DNA of 64,000 nt from Chloroflexia bacterium. Its GTDB lineage: Bacteria > Chloroflexota > Chloroflexia > QHBQ01 > JAICKM01. The first letter of the stretch is position 1; each line of letters begins with the position of its first letter. Shown in pieces: positions 8,268 to 17,750 of this stretch. The stretch covers positions 145,423 through 209,422 of the forward strand of contig JBPCPV010000015.1 of the NCBI GenBank assembly GCA_050998805.1, written 5' to 3'. The notes beneath the pieces were generated by a model that saw only the letters and a program-made list of their open reading frames with translations, was not told the origin of the DNA and did no database searches. The position numbers and the translations under genes are program-made.

Positions 8268-8273
8268 TATAAT
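8268..8273 (+). promoter_or_regulatory. TATAAT -10 box 6 nt upstream of the asnB ATG (possible leaderless transcript)
   Basis: The string acagTATAATacatccATG is seen directly. No SD sequence is present between the box and the ATG. Confidence 0.35.
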
Positions 8274-8279
8274 ACATCC

Positions 8280-10199
8280 ATGTGCGGAATAGCGGGAGTC
8301 TACGACACCAGGGGTGCGCCGGCGGATGAGGCGGTGCTGCGGCGGATGGCCGCGGCAATCGCCCACCGCGGACCGGACGGCGACGGCTTCTACCTCGATG
8401 GGCCGGTCGGCCTGGCCCACCGCGCCTTGCGGATCATTGACCTCTCCGACGCCGCCCTCCAGCCGATGGCCTGCCCCGACACCGGCAACCAGTTGATATT
8501 CAACGGCGAGATATACAACTACGTCGAGCTGATGCGCGAGCTGGAGGCGCGAGGGCTGGAGTTTCGCTCCCACTCAGACAGCGAGGCGCTGCTGGCCGGA
8601 TACCGAGCCTGGGGCACCGACTGCGTGCAGCACTTCAACGGCATGTTCGCCTTCGCGATCTGGGACAGGGCGCGGGAGCGGCTCTTCCTGGCGCGCGACC
8701 GGATGGGCATCAAGCCGCTCTATTACTGGTGGGACGGGCGGCGGCTTGCCTTCGCGTCCGAGATCAAGGCGCTGTTGCAGCACCCGGCGATCAGCGCGCA
8801 GCCGAACGGCGCGGCGATAGCCGAGTACTGGCGGGCGATGTACACGGCCGGTGACCACACTTGGTTCGAGGGGATCAGGCGGCTCGAACCCGGTTGCATG
8901 ATGCTCGTGGACCGCGACGGGCTAGAGATACGACGCTACTGGGATCTGCCGGAGCAGGAAGACCCGCCGGGCCGCAGCGCGGGCAGCTACATCGAGGAGG
9001 TGCGGGGCCTGCTCGACAGCAGCGTCCGGCTCTGCCTGCGGAGCGATGTGCCGCTCGGCGCGCACCTCAGCGGGGGGGTGGACAGCTCGGCCATCGTCGG
9101 GCTGATCAGCCGGCAGCTCGAAGGCGGGAGGCTGAAGACTTTCTCGGGTGCGTTCGACTCCGGCCCGGCATACGACGAGCGGCCCTACATCTCGGCTGTC
9201 GCAGCCCGCTACCGGACGGACCACCACGAGGTGGTGCCAGGCCCCGCCGACCTTGTGGCGAGCCTGCCCCGCCTGGTATGGCACCTGGATGAGCCTGTGG
9301 CGGGGGCGGGCGCGTTCCCGCAGTACTTCGTCTGCCGGATGACGCGGGAAAACGGCGTGATCGTGGTCAACGGCGGGCAGGGAGGCGACGAGCTTTTCGG
9401 CGGCTACTTCGGCTACCTGCCGGCCTACCTCCGCAGCATAGTCGCCAGCTTCCGACGGCACCCATCCCCGGCGCTGCTGTCGGCCCTGCTCGGTGACGGA
9501 CTGCGGCTGTCGGCGCGCCCGGCGCTCCGGCAGGCGGCCATCTCGGCGCTGCGTGAGGGCCGTCGTGGTCGCCTGCGCCCGGACGAAGCGACGGAGTTGC
9601 CCGACTTCTTCGGACCGACCCTGCGCCGTCTCGACTTCGCGTCTCCGCGCACGGGAGATTATATCCCCACAGGGAGATCGGCGCTCGGCGAGGCGCTGGC
9701 GTTCGACCTGCGGCACTACCTACCTGCACTCTTGCAGGTCGAGGACCGGGTGAGCATGGCGTGGTCGCTGGAGTCGCGGGTGCCGCTGCTCGATTACCGG
9801 CTGGTCGAGCTGGCGATGCGGATACCGCCGGAGATCAAGCTGCGGGGGCTGGAGACGAAGCGGATCTTGCGGCGGGCCGTGGCCGACCTGCTGCCGGCAT
9901 CGGTCCTCGCCCGGCGCGACAAGAAAGGCTTCCCGACGCCGATCGGCCCCTGGTTCGCGGGGCCGTTGCAGCCCTGGCTGCGCGAGCAGTTGCTCGGCCC
10001 CCAGGCGCGAGATCGGGGCCTGTTCGAGCCGGAAGCCGTCGCCCGTATGCTCGGCGAGCAGGCGGCTGGCCGCGCCGACCACAGCCGCACGCTCTGGATG
10101 ATGCTCAACACAGGGCTGTGGTTCGAGCAGTTCATTGAAGCCCAGGGGGTCGGGGGGCAGGGATCGGCCCTCGATGCAGCAGTCACGGTCGCTGGCTGA
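8280..10199 (+). CDS. asnB: Asparagine synthase (glutamine-hydrolysing)
   Basis: MCGIAGVYDTRG... N-terminal Cys nucleophile. Contains the SGGVDSS PP-loop. Length 639 aa. The track ORF starts upstream at 8157 but the conserved N-terminus begins at the ATG at 8280. Confidence 0.9.
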   Translation: MCGIAGVYDTRGAPADEAVLRRMAAAIAHRGPDGDGFYLDGPVGLAHRALRIIDLSDAALQPMACPDTGNQLIFNGEIYNYVELMRELEARGLEFRSHSDSEALLAGYRAWGTDCVQHFNGMFAFAIWDRARERLFLARDRMGIKPLYYWWDGRRLAFASEIKALLQHPAISAQPNGAAIAEYWRAMYTAGDHTWFEGIRRLEPGCMMLVDRDGLEIRRYWDLPEQEDPPGRSAGSYIEEVRGLLDSSVRLCLRSDVPLGAHLSGGVDSSAIVGLISRQLEGGRLKTFSGAFDSGPAYDERPYISAVAARYRTDHHEVVPGPADLVASLPRLVWHLDEPVAGAGAFPQYFVCRMTRENGVIVVNGGQGGDELFGGYFGYLPAYLRSIVASFRRHPSPALLSALLGDGLRLSARPALRQAAISALREGRRGRLRPDEATELPDFFGPTLRRLDFASPRTGDYIPTGRSALGEALAFDLRHYLPALLQVEDRVSMAWSLESRVPLLDYRLVELAMRIPPEIKLRGLETKRILRRAVADLLPASVLARRDKKGFPTPIGPWFAGPLQPWLREQLLGPQARDRGLFEPEAVARMLGEQAAGRADHSRTLWMMLNTGLWFEQFIEAQGVGGQGSALDAAVTVAG

Positions 10200-10201
10200 G
10201 G

Positions 10202-11449
10202 GTGCGCGTCCTCTACCTGAGCCAGTATTTCCCGCCCGAAGTCGGGGCGACGCAGACGCGAGCCTACGAAATGGCGCGCAGGCTCGTCGCGGCGGGGCAC
10301 GAGGTGACGATGCTCGCCGAGGTGCCGAACCACCCTGCCGGGGTGATCGCGCCCGCATACCGGGGCAAGCTATGGGCACGCAGGCGGCTGGCGGGCATCC
10401 GGGTGATCCGCCTCTGGGTGATCACCTCACCCGAAAAGGGCTTTCGGGCGCGGATGCTCTTCTACCTGAGCTATATGGCGATGGCGATCCTGGCGGGGCT
10501 TGCGGCCGGCCTGCGCCCGCGCCGCCGCTTCGACGTGATCTATGCCACGTCGCCGCCCCTTTTCGTGGGGCTGGCAGGCGTCGTCCTCAGCCTGCTGCTA
10601 CGCACGCCGCTCGTCTTCGAGGTCCGCGACCTCTGGCCGGAGAGCGCGGTCGCCCTCGGCGAACTCAGCAGCCGGAGGGCGATCCGGCTGGCCGAGCTAG
10701 TTGAGGGGGCTTGCTACCGGCGGGCGCGGCGGATCGTCGTGGTCACGCGGGGGATCGAGCGGCGGCTGCGCGAGCGGGGGCTGTCCTCTGGCCGTGTCTG
10801 CCTGATCCCGAACGGGGCGAACGTCGAGGAGTTCAGGCCCCAGCCGGAGCGTGCCGCGGCTCTGCGCCGGTCGCTCGGCATCGGTGACCGCTTCGTGGCG
10901 ATCTACGCAGGGATACACGGCATCGCGCAGGGCATGGAGACGCTGGTGGAGGCTGCGCGGATTTTGGAGCAGTCCGAGCCCGGCATCGTAATGCTGCTGG
11001 TCGGCGAGGGGCCGCGCAAGGCCGAGGTCCGTCGGCTGGTCGCGGAGCACGGACTGACGAACGTATTGATGCTGGACGAGCAGCCGCGCGCGGCAATGGC
11101 CGGGTATCTGAGCCTCGCCGGCTGCGCGATAGTCCCTCTGCGCGCCGACCCGCTTTTCGTGGGCGCACTGCCCTCCAAGATGTTCGAGGGGTTGGCCTGC
11201 GGCACGCCGGTCGTCCTGAGCGCACCCGAAGGCGAAGCAAGCGCGGTGCTGGCCGCCGCCGGCGCGGGCATACACGTCCCGCCGGAAGATCCACCCGCCC
11301 TCGCCGCCGCGATCCGCGGCCTGAGCGCCGACCACGCCGCCTCCGCCGAGATGGGCAGCCGTGGCCGCGCCTTCGTGACGCAGCACTACACGCGCGGGGA
11401 GGGTGCGCGACGGCTGGAGGCGCTGCTGCGGGAGGTTGTGAGACAGTAG
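10202..11449 (+). CDS. Glycosyltransferase family 4 (GT-B, WcaI-like)
   Basis: MRVLYLSQYFPPEVGATQTRAYEMARRLVAAGHEVTML...; C-terminal EGL..G.PVV motif region. Confidence 0.85.
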   Translation: MRVLYLSQYFPPEVGATQTRAYEMARRLVAAGHEVTMLAEVPNHPAGVIAPAYRGKLWARRRLAGIRVIRLWVITSPEKGFRARMLFYLSYMAMAILAGLAAGLRPRRRFDVIYATSPPLFVGLAGVVLSLLLRTPLVFEVRDLWPESAVALGELSSRRAIRLAELVEGACYRRARRIVVVTRGIERRLRERGLSSGRVCLIPNGANVEEFRPQPERAAALRRSLGIGDRFVAIYAGIHGIAQGMETLVEAARILEQSEPGIVMLLVGEGPRKAEVRRLVAEHGLTNVLMLDEQPRAAMAGYLSLAGCAIVPLRADPLFVGALPSKMFEGLACGTPVVLSAPEGEASAVLAAAGAGIHVPPEDPPALAAAIRGLSADHAASAEMGSRGRAFVTQHYTRGEGARRLEALLREVVRQ

Positions 11450-11470
11450 GGATGAAGGCCCCATAAGCTA

Positions 11471-11499
11471 TTGCAGTGCTACAAAATCTCTGCTATAAT
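11471..11499 (+). promoter_or_regulatory. Candidate sigma70-type promoter (TTGCAG-17-TATAAT)
   Basis: ttgcagtgctacaaaatctctgctataat seen directly, upstream of the GTG start at 11566, which is preceded by a GGAGG RBS. Confidence 0.4.
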
Positions 11500-11565
11500 C
11501 ACCTACGACACCGTCCACTCGTTCTGACCACCCGACCCTCACGGCAAATGTAAACGGAGGAAACC

Positions 11566-12300
11566 GTGGACCGTCAGAGAAAACACCGCCTCTCATATCT
11601 GCACATCGTCCTGGCATCGGTACTCGCTGGCGTCTGGCTGTTCCTACTTGCTCCGGTTCCGGCCTCTGCCCAGGGCTGGAACGTAGGCGACACCGTGAAC
11701 CTGAACAACGGCACATGCATCCGGGTCGGGCCGGGCACGTCGTATCACGCGCACACTAAGGTGCCTGTGGACAACTGGGCCGTCAAGGTGACGGGTGGCC
11801 CGCGCATCGCCGACGGAAAACGCTGGTTCGACACGAGCCGAGCAGCAGCAGGGGATCCGAGCGGCGGCACCGGCTGGGTAGAGGAGGACCAGCAGGACTC
11901 CAATTGCCCGGATGCCGACAATCTCAGGTTGAGTCCCGGCGGTGTTGTTCCCACTCCCACGCCGATCACAGGCACGGACATAGTTGCACAGATCGGGGTG
12001 TGGTGGGCGCAGATCCGGGTTTGGTGGGACGAGCAGTCCGATGTAGTGAAATGGGGAATAGTCATCCTGGCTCTGCTGCTGCTCCTGGGAAGTTCGCGTC
12101 AGGGATCGTCGTCCCTCTCAGGGTTGGTGAAGGCGGTCCTGCTCGGCTTGATCCTCTGGTGGCTCGCCGATCACTTCCGTGCAAGCTGGTCGGCCAACTG
12201 GCGTACCATCGCCCCGAACGGGCCGGATCTGGCGCTGGTGCTGGGGCTGATCCCGCCGATTGCCTGGCTGCTGACGCGGGTGGTCGGGCGTAGTAGATAA
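11566..12300 (+). CDS. Membrane protein with N-terminal signal peptide and bacterial SH3-like domain
   Basis: Signal/TM followed by GDTVNLNNGTCIRVGPGTSYHAHTKVPVDNWAVKVTGGPRIADGKRWFDT (SH3b-like). The C-terminal half has 2-3 hydrophobic helices. Confidence 0.45.
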   Translation: MDRQRKHRLSYLHIVLASVLAGVWLFLLAPVPASAQGWNVGDTVNLNNGTCIRVGPGTSYHAHTKVPVDNWAVKVTGGPRIADGKRWFDTSRAAAGDPSGGTGWVEEDQQDSNCPDADNLRLSPGGVVPTPTPITGTDIVAQIGVWWAQIRVWWDEQSDVVKWGIVILALLLLLGSSRQGSSSLSGLVKAVLLGLILWWLADHFRASWSANWRTIAPNGPDLALVLGLIPPIAWLLTRVVGRSR

Positions 12301-12305
12301 CACCC

Positions 12306-13406
12306 CTACTTCCACCCCAGCCGCGCCAGTGCGGGCAGCAGCACATCCTTGCTCACCATGTTCGAGAGTTTCTTCGCGCCGACGCGGTTCATGTGGTTCG
12401 TGTCGGCGAAGTCGCCCGGCTCCTGCCAGAGCGAGTGGTCGTCATAGTCGAAGAAGGGCACGCCGTAGCGGGCGGCGACGGCGCGCAGGTAGGCCCGATA
12501 TGCCGCGTAATCGGCCGGGGAGAGCCAGGACTCGTGGACTTTCGTGATCGGCATGTTGATCACGACGACCGCGATGCCGCGCGACTGTGCCAGCCGGAGG
12601 AACTCCTCGAAGCGCGTAGCCAAGTAGCCGACCACGGTGTAGTTCTGGAGGTGGCCACCGGGGCCTTGATACACCGTCTGTAGCTTCCGCACGTCAATCG
12701 GGCGCATCTCGTGGTTCAGCGGCAGGAAGCCGTAGGGGTCGGGTGCGCCGGTCGGGTCGCCGGTGTCGGATGTGGCGTCGAGGAGCATGTCGTGGAGCGT
12801 GGTGCGGTATCTGAACAGGTGCCAGGGACGGCCCACCAGGAAGCTGAGCTGCCAGTCAATGTGCAGGCCGGGGTCGGGGAACGCCTGCGGGTAGTCGGCG
12901 AGCGTCGCCAGCTCGTCGGAGTAGTTCGACGGCGGGATGCGCCCACCGTTCGGGTTGAACTCGTACTCCGAGGTGCCGTAGATGATCAGCTTCGGTTGCT
13001 TGTCGGTCGAGACCACGTTCTTGAGCAGCCAGTAGTTCGACTGCGGCGTGCCGCCGGCAAGGCCGAGGTTCAGTACGGAGACGGTCTGGCTGTAGACCGC
13101 GCCTGCGCGGTTCATCATCAGCGAGGGGCTGAGGTCGCACTGCACGCGTGAACTGCCCATGAGCAGCACATCGAGCGGCGCGGCGGCGTGGTGGTAGAGG
13201 GCCTTGCGCCCAACCGCCGTAGCCGTCTGCCCTTGCGTGCCGGCCAGCGCCAGCGGCTCGATGCCGAGGACCACCGCCAGGTCCACCGTCGCGAGCAGCA
13301 CGAGCAGCACGAGTGCCTGTCGCAGTAACCGGCGCGCGGGTCTGTCGGCCTGGCTGGGGGCGGGCTGGGCGTCGGTTTCTGTGTCGGGTTGAGTCAATGT
13401 CGCCAT
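12306..13406 (-). CDS. Periplasmic DltD/AlgJ-like (SGNH-like) partner protein of the MBOAT O-acyltransferase
   Basis: Immediately downstream of the MBOAT gene on the same strand. N-terminal TM anchor. Motifs ...LLMGSSRVQ... and ...DTNHMNRVGAKKLS... resemble DltD/AlgJ-type accessory proteins. Family assignment is tentative. Confidence 0.45.
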   Translation of the reverse strand: MATLTQPDTETDAQPAPSQADRPARRLLRQALVLLVLLATVDLAVVLGIEPLALAGTQGQTATAVGRKALYHHAAAPLDVLLMGSSRVQCDLSPSLMMNRAGAVYSQTVSVLNLGLAGGTPQSNYWLLKNVVSTDKQPKLIIYGTSEYEFNPNGGRIPPSNYSDELATLADYPQAFPDPGLHIDWQLSFLVGRPWHLFRYRTTLHDMLLDATSDTGDPTGAPDPYGFLPLNHEMRPIDVRKLQTVYQGPGGHLQNYTVVGYLATRFEEFLRLAQSRGIAVVVINMPITKVHESWLSPADYAAYRAYLRAVAARYGVPFFDYDDHSLWQEPGDFADTNHMNRVGAKKLSNMVSKDVLLPALARLGWK

Positions 13407-13417
13407 AATAGTTGTGC

Positions 13418-14809
13418 CTAGAATTGGAAGTAGATGAACCTCTGGGCCTCAGCCGGGAAGAGGACTATCCAGACGATTATCGCGGTATAGTACGCCGGGC
13501 GGAGCAGCCAGCCCCATCGGAGGACTCCTGCCCAGAGCGCGGGCAGCGCGCCTCGCACGTAGGGATAGCCGCCGACCAAGACGAAATAAGCCGCCGCGAT
13601 CCCCAGCACCGTCAGCCGGTCGCCGGTGCTGTAGGCCGCCGAGGCAGAGGTCGGCAGAAGCAGATGCCCGAAGATCGTGCCGACCGTCGCCAGGCTGTCT
13701 GCCCTGAACAGCACCCAACCGATGCAGGTGAAGTGGAACGTGGCGGCGATGCCGAACAAGGCGGGCAGTGACGGCCGCATGGGCGGCTTCGCACCGCGGC
13801 CGGTGAGCAGCCGGAGACCGGCGAGGCCGATGCCCTGGTATGCACCCCAGAGCACAAAGTGCCAGGCCGCGCCGTGCCAGAGGCCGCCGATGGTCATGGT
13901 CAGGAAGAGGTTGCGGTAGTTCGCCCACTTGCCGAGGCGGGAGCCGCCGAGCGGGATGTAGAGGTAGTCGCGCAGCCAGGACGACAGCGACATGTGCCAG
14001 CGCCGCCAGAAGCCGGCGAGATTGCGTGCCAGATAGGGCGCGTCGAAGTTTTCGGGCACCGTGAAGCCGAAAAGCTGGGCCGAGCCGCGTCCGATGTCGG
14101 TGTAGCCCGAAAAGTCGAAGAAGATCTGGAAGGCGAAGGCGTAGACCGCGATCCAGGTGTCCACCGTGCTGAGGTTCGCGGGGTGGTCGAAACCGACGTT
14201 GGCGATGTGGGCTAGGTTGTCGGCCAGCACCACCTTCTTGAACAGCCCGCGCAGGATCAGGCCCACGCCCTCCTCGGCCAGCGCGGGGTCGAAGCGGCGG
14301 TGTTCCTGTAGCTGGTGAACGAACGCCTGGTAGCGCTTGATCGGCCCGGCGATCTGCGTCGGGAAGAAGGCCGCGAAGAGCGCGAACTCCACGAAGTTCC
14401 GCACCGGCGGGCTGCCCCGCCAGACATCCACCACGTAGTGGATGAACTCGAATGTGAAGAACGAGATGCCGAGCGGCAACAGGATGTTCGCGGTCGGGAA
14501 GTCGAGGCTGCCGGCGCGCGCGGTACTTATCAGGAAGTTCGCGTACTTGAAGTAGGCCAGCACCCCGAGGTCGGCGGCGACGGCGAGCGAGAGCAGCCAA
14601 CGGCTGCGGTGCCCGGCGAGCGCCAAGCCGAGGAGGTAATTCAGCACGGTGAGGCCGAGGATCAGCAGGATGTACTCTGGGATCCAGTTCATGTAGAACA
14701 GGTAGCTGGCGACCAGCAGCAGCGGGTAGCGCAGCCGTCGCGGGGCGGCCCAGTAGAGGGCGAGGACCAGGGGCAGGAAAAAGGCGTAGTAGACGCTGTT
14801 AAATAACAT
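13418..14809 (-). CDS. MBOAT family membrane-bound O-acyltransferase (AlgI/DltB-like)
   Basis: 463 aa polytopic protein starting MLFNSVYYAFFLPLVLALYW..., with the conserved His-containing region (...WRRWHMSL...) typical of AlgI/DltB. Confidence 0.9.
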   Translation of the reverse strand: MLFNSVYYAFFLPLVLALYWAAPRRLRYPLLLVASYLFYMNWIPEYILLILGLTVLNYLLGLALAGHRSRWLLSLAVAADLGVLAYFKYANFLISTARAGSLDFPTANILLPLGISFFTFEFIHYVVDVWRGSPPVRNFVEFALFAAFFPTQIAGPIKRYQAFVHQLQEHRRFDPALAEEGVGLILRGLFKKVVLADNLAHIANVGFDHPANLSTVDTWIAVYAFAFQIFFDFSGYTDIGRGSAQLFGFTVPENFDAPYLARNLAGFWRRWHMSLSSWLRDYLYIPLGGSRLGKWANYRNLFLTMTIGGLWHGAAWHFVLWGAYQGIGLAGLRLLTGRGAKPPMRPSLPALFGIAATFHFTCIGWVLFRADSLATVGTIFGHLLLPTSASAAYSTGDRLTVLGIAAAYFVLVGGYPYVRGALPALWAGVLRWGWLLRPAYYTAIIVWIVLFPAEAQRFIYFQF

Positions 14810-14816
14810 TCAGGGC

Positions 14817-16280
14817 CTACCTGCCGGGCTTCGCTTCGAGCGCGGCTACCGCCTGCTCTGCCGCCTCTGCCGCTTCGGGGCCAGCCGGCCTGGCGGTGTA
14901 GCGCACGGCGTCGTAGAGGCCGGTGATGCGGCGTAGAGCGTCGCGACCTTCCGGCAAGACGCTCTGGAGCGCAGGCAGCACTTCACTCGCGGTCTGTGCT
15001 GGAAGGCGGACGATGCCGCGCCCAGCGGAGATTTCCAGCGCCCGCCGGTATGCCTGGCGCACGCGGACCGTGTAGCGGTAGGCGGGGTCGCTCATCAGCG
15101 CGAGCAGCGGGTCGTGCGGCGTCGCCCGGCCGCGCACTGCCTGACCGAAGGAGCCGAATATCTGCCCCCAGTCGAGCAGCGACTCCCGTTCGCCGCCTCC
15201 GAGTGAGCTACGCCTGCGTTGCGCGCTGCCCAGCACCCGCCGCGCTACCAGCAGCAGTATCACGAGAACGACAACACCGCCCACGGTCGTAAGCAGCGCC
15301 GGATCGACCGTGAAGTTGTACTTGATCCGATCTACCAGCTCTTGCGCGGCCTTCGACATGCTCAGTCCAGGCCCAGTCTTCGGCTCGCGGTCCTGCTGCT
15401 TGGCGGCCGGCAGCAGGTTGCCGAGCAGCGACAGCAGGAAGACGGCTACAGTGGAGATGATCTCCACGATGCCGACGACCAACGCGCCGATCCCTTGCAC
15501 GACCGCAAGCAGCGGGCCGAAGAGCGCCGAGGAGAGGCTCTTGTCGAATATGCTGCTAACCAGCACGCCGAGAGCCAGCACAATGCTGATCAAGCCCAGC
15601 GAGAAGACGAACCAGCGGATACCCAGCATCTGCCTGCTGCGTCCGGCTTCGAGCCGCGAGCGGGAGAGCGCGAGCGCGAAAAGGCCGACAATGAAGATCA
15701 GGAAGAGGTCGCGGGTGATCACCGGGGCTATGTATGGGGCGTGAGCCAGCCAGCCGAGCGCGACATAGGCCCCGAAGCTGAGGATCAGAAATAGGGCACG
15801 GTCGGTGAGGTCGCCGAGCTCGGGCACAGCACCGCTGAGTGTCTGCCGCCAGATGAAAGCTGCGACTAACGCCACGAGCGCCAACGGTACGATCACGTTG
15901 CCGACGTTGCCGAGGTCACGCGAGATCGCGTTCAGCCCGCCGGGGTCGCTCGCCCGATACGATGTGTAGAGTTCCAGCCATGCGAGGACGGGCAGCGACG
16001 CGAGCGCCGACAGCCCGGCTGCGGCCCGGTAGGTTAGGTCGCCGACTCTTATACGTTCCAGCAGCCAGACCATGCCGCGCGCGAACAGCGCCAGCCCCAC
16101 GAACGGCCAGACCGACATCCGTGGTGTGCCGTCGCCGTTCGTGCCGCCGAGCAGGGCGAGCAGGGGGTGTACCCAGAGTATGGCGAGCAGCGTACACGCC
16201 AGCCCTAGTAGCTCGGCCTGGGTTTCGGCACCGCCGGTTTCTGCCTCCGCGTCTGTCGGCTGCGCTGTGATAGCACTCAT
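14817..16280 (-). CDS. DUF4129 domain-containing membrane protein
   Basis: Start taken at the ATG at 16280, which overlaps the stop of the upstream DUF58 gene (ATGA). It has multiple TM helices. C-terminus ...DPAYRYTVRVRQAYRRALEISAGRGIVRLPAQTASEVLPAL... matches the DUF4129 pattern. The first 200 aa of the track ORF are Arg/Pro/Gly-rich, GC-skew shadow. Confidence 0.6.
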   Translation of the reverse strand: MSAITAQPTDAEAETGGAETQAELLGLACTLLAILWVHPLLALLGGTNGDGTPRMSVWPFVGLALFARGMVWLLERIRVGDLTYRAAAGLSALASLPVLAWLELYTSYRASDPGGLNAISRDLGNVGNVIVPLALVALVAAFIWRQTLSGAVPELGDLTDRALFLILSFGAYVALGWLAHAPYIAPVITRDLFLIFIVGLFALALSRSRLEAGRSRQMLGIRWFVFSLGLISIVLALGVLVSSIFDKSLSSALFGPLLAVVQGIGALVVGIVEIISTVAVFLLSLLGNLLPAAKQQDREPKTGPGLSMSKAAQELVDRIKYNFTVDPALLTTVGGVVVLVILLLVARRVLGSAQRRRSSLGGGERESLLDWGQIFGSFGQAVRGRATPHDPLLALMSDPAYRYTVRVRQAYRRALEISAGRGIVRLPAQTASEVLPALQSVLPEGRDALRRITGLYDAVRYTARPAGPEAAEAAEQAVAALEAKPGR

Positions 16281-17626
16281 CGCCGTGCCGGCCTCCCGCT
16301 TCCGTCTCCGTAGAATGGTCGCCGCTGTAGGGCGTCCCTGGCGTTGGCAGCGGTGACCCAACGACCGTCGGCACCGCTGCCAGCCTGCGCCCCGGACGGC
16401 ATGGCCGTTCCCGGTGCCCACTTCACCTGCAAGTACTCGGCGTCGCGGGGCGGCGGGATGTGGTAGAGCAGCAGGCCCGGCAGGGGCAGCGGCGGCTCGT
16501 AGGTCAGCGCGCAGACCACCACGCGCATCCCCCGCTCTCGGAGCCGGAGGAGTGCGCCACGCAGTGGGTCCGGCAGCACCGGGCAGATAGCTACTACCGT
16601 ACTGCCGATCGGCAGGCTCTGAGTGCCGGTCCGCAGCACCTCGCTGAAGCCGCGCACCGGGTAGATGACCATCCGCGCCAGCCCTTCTAGCAGGCGGGTC
16701 AACTGCTCGGGGCTGCTGCTCGGCGGGATACGCACGGCCTCGCCGCCGTCGGCTGCCGGCGCGTTCGACTGGAGGCCGAAACTCCACCGCTGCGTCGCCG
16801 CATATCGGGCCAGCGATGCCGCCACCACAATCGCCCACTCGGCGGCGGTATTGTCCACGCCCTCGTAAACGTGGGTCCATGTCTCGACGCTCACGAAGAG
16901 CATCAGGGTGTGGGTCGTTGTCTGGTCGTAGACCCGGACCTGTAGCTGCTGGGTGCGGGCCGTGGCCTTCCAGTGGACCCGTTTGAACGGGTCTTCGGGC
17001 CGGTATTCGCGCACCCCCGCCGTGCGTAGCGGGTCTTCGAGGAGCCGCCGCTGGGCGCGCATGTCGCCGAACGGACGGCGCGGCGGCAGGCCAAGCTCGG
17101 CCAGGTCAACCATTTTGGGGTAGACGAAGAGCTTGGCCGGCACTGACTGCTCGGTTTCGCTGGTGAAGATCCCGAACATGTCGCCGGAGCGTAGCTTCAC
17201 CGGCCCAAAGCTGTAGAGGCCGCGCGCCCTACATTCGAGCCGGTAGTGCCAATGTATCCTCTCGAACCAGCGCATCGCCGTCGTATGCGCGACGATCACC
17301 TCGCGCGGCAGCGAGAGCAGATCAGGCATCTTGCCGACGAACTCCAACTGCTTCGGGAAAATCTCCTCGGTTTCGAGCCACGAGAGCGGCAGCAGCTTGA
17401 AGTTGGTGAGCGACACATCGAGGTTCACCGACTCGCCCCAGAACAAGTGGCTCTCCGAAAAGCCCCGTGCGTAGGTCACGCCTTGCAAGCAAATCCGCTG
17501 CCAGCCCCAGGCAATCGCCAGCGTCAGCCCACTCAGCACGCCGATGCTCACCAGTATCGGCTCGCGCAGCAGCACGCCGAGCGCCAGCAGGAAGAGCACA
17601 ACGTACAGAGCGCGGCGAGCAAACAT
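16277..17626 (-). CDS. DUF58 domain-containing protein (VWA-like, MoxR-associated family)
   Basis: Two N-terminal TM helices. Contains ...VREYRPEDPFKRVHWKATARTQQLQVRVYD..., the DUF58 signature. Confidence 0.8.
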   Translation of the reverse strand: MFARRALYVVLFLLALGVLLREPILVSIGVLSGLTLAIAWGWQRICLQGVTYARGFSESHLFWGESVNLDVSLTNFKLLPLSWLETEEIFPKQLEFVGKMPDLLSLPREVIVAHTTAMRWFERIHWHYRLECRARGLYSFGPVKLRSGDMFGIFTSETEQSVPAKLFVYPKMVDLAELGLPPRRPFGDMRAQRRLLEDPLRTAGVREYRPEDPFKRVHWKATARTQQLQVRVYDQTTTHTLMLFVSVETWTHVYEGVDNTAAEWAIVVAASLARYAATQRWSFGLQSNAPAADGGEAVRIPPSSSPEQLTRLLEGLARMVIYPVRGFSEVLRTGTQSLPIGSTVVAICPVLPDPLRGALLRLRERGMRVVVCALTYEPPLPLPGLLLYHIPPPRDAEYLQVKWAPGTAMPSGAQAGSGADGRWVTAANARDALQRRPFYGDGSGRPARR

Positions 17627-17645
17627 GGGTCTATTATAGCATATT

Positions 17646-17678
17646 GGCTTTCAGCTTTCAGCTTTCAGCCGTCAGTGG
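17646..17678. repeat. Heptamer tandem repeat (GCTTTCA)3-GCCGTCA
   Basis: ggctttcagctttcagctttcagccgtcagtgg seen directly. Related (GCCGTCA)2 at 55021-55042. Confidence 0.8.
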
Positions 17679-17750
17679 GACAGCCACCTTGACAGTCCGA
17701 GGCGCTCTCACACGTAATGAGCGCAAGAAGCGATAAGGAGGGATACCGCG

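Noticed and set aside
6881-8272. 463-aa + strand ORF
   Set aside because: Antisense shadow of the WD40/SecD-like gene (6223-8232). The translation is Gly/Arg/Pro-rich with no motif.
9720-10379. 219-aa and other - strand ORFs across asnB and the GT4 gene (8922-9716, 10697-11464 etc.)
   Set aside because: Shadow ORFs. asnB and GT4 signatures on the + strand are unambiguous.
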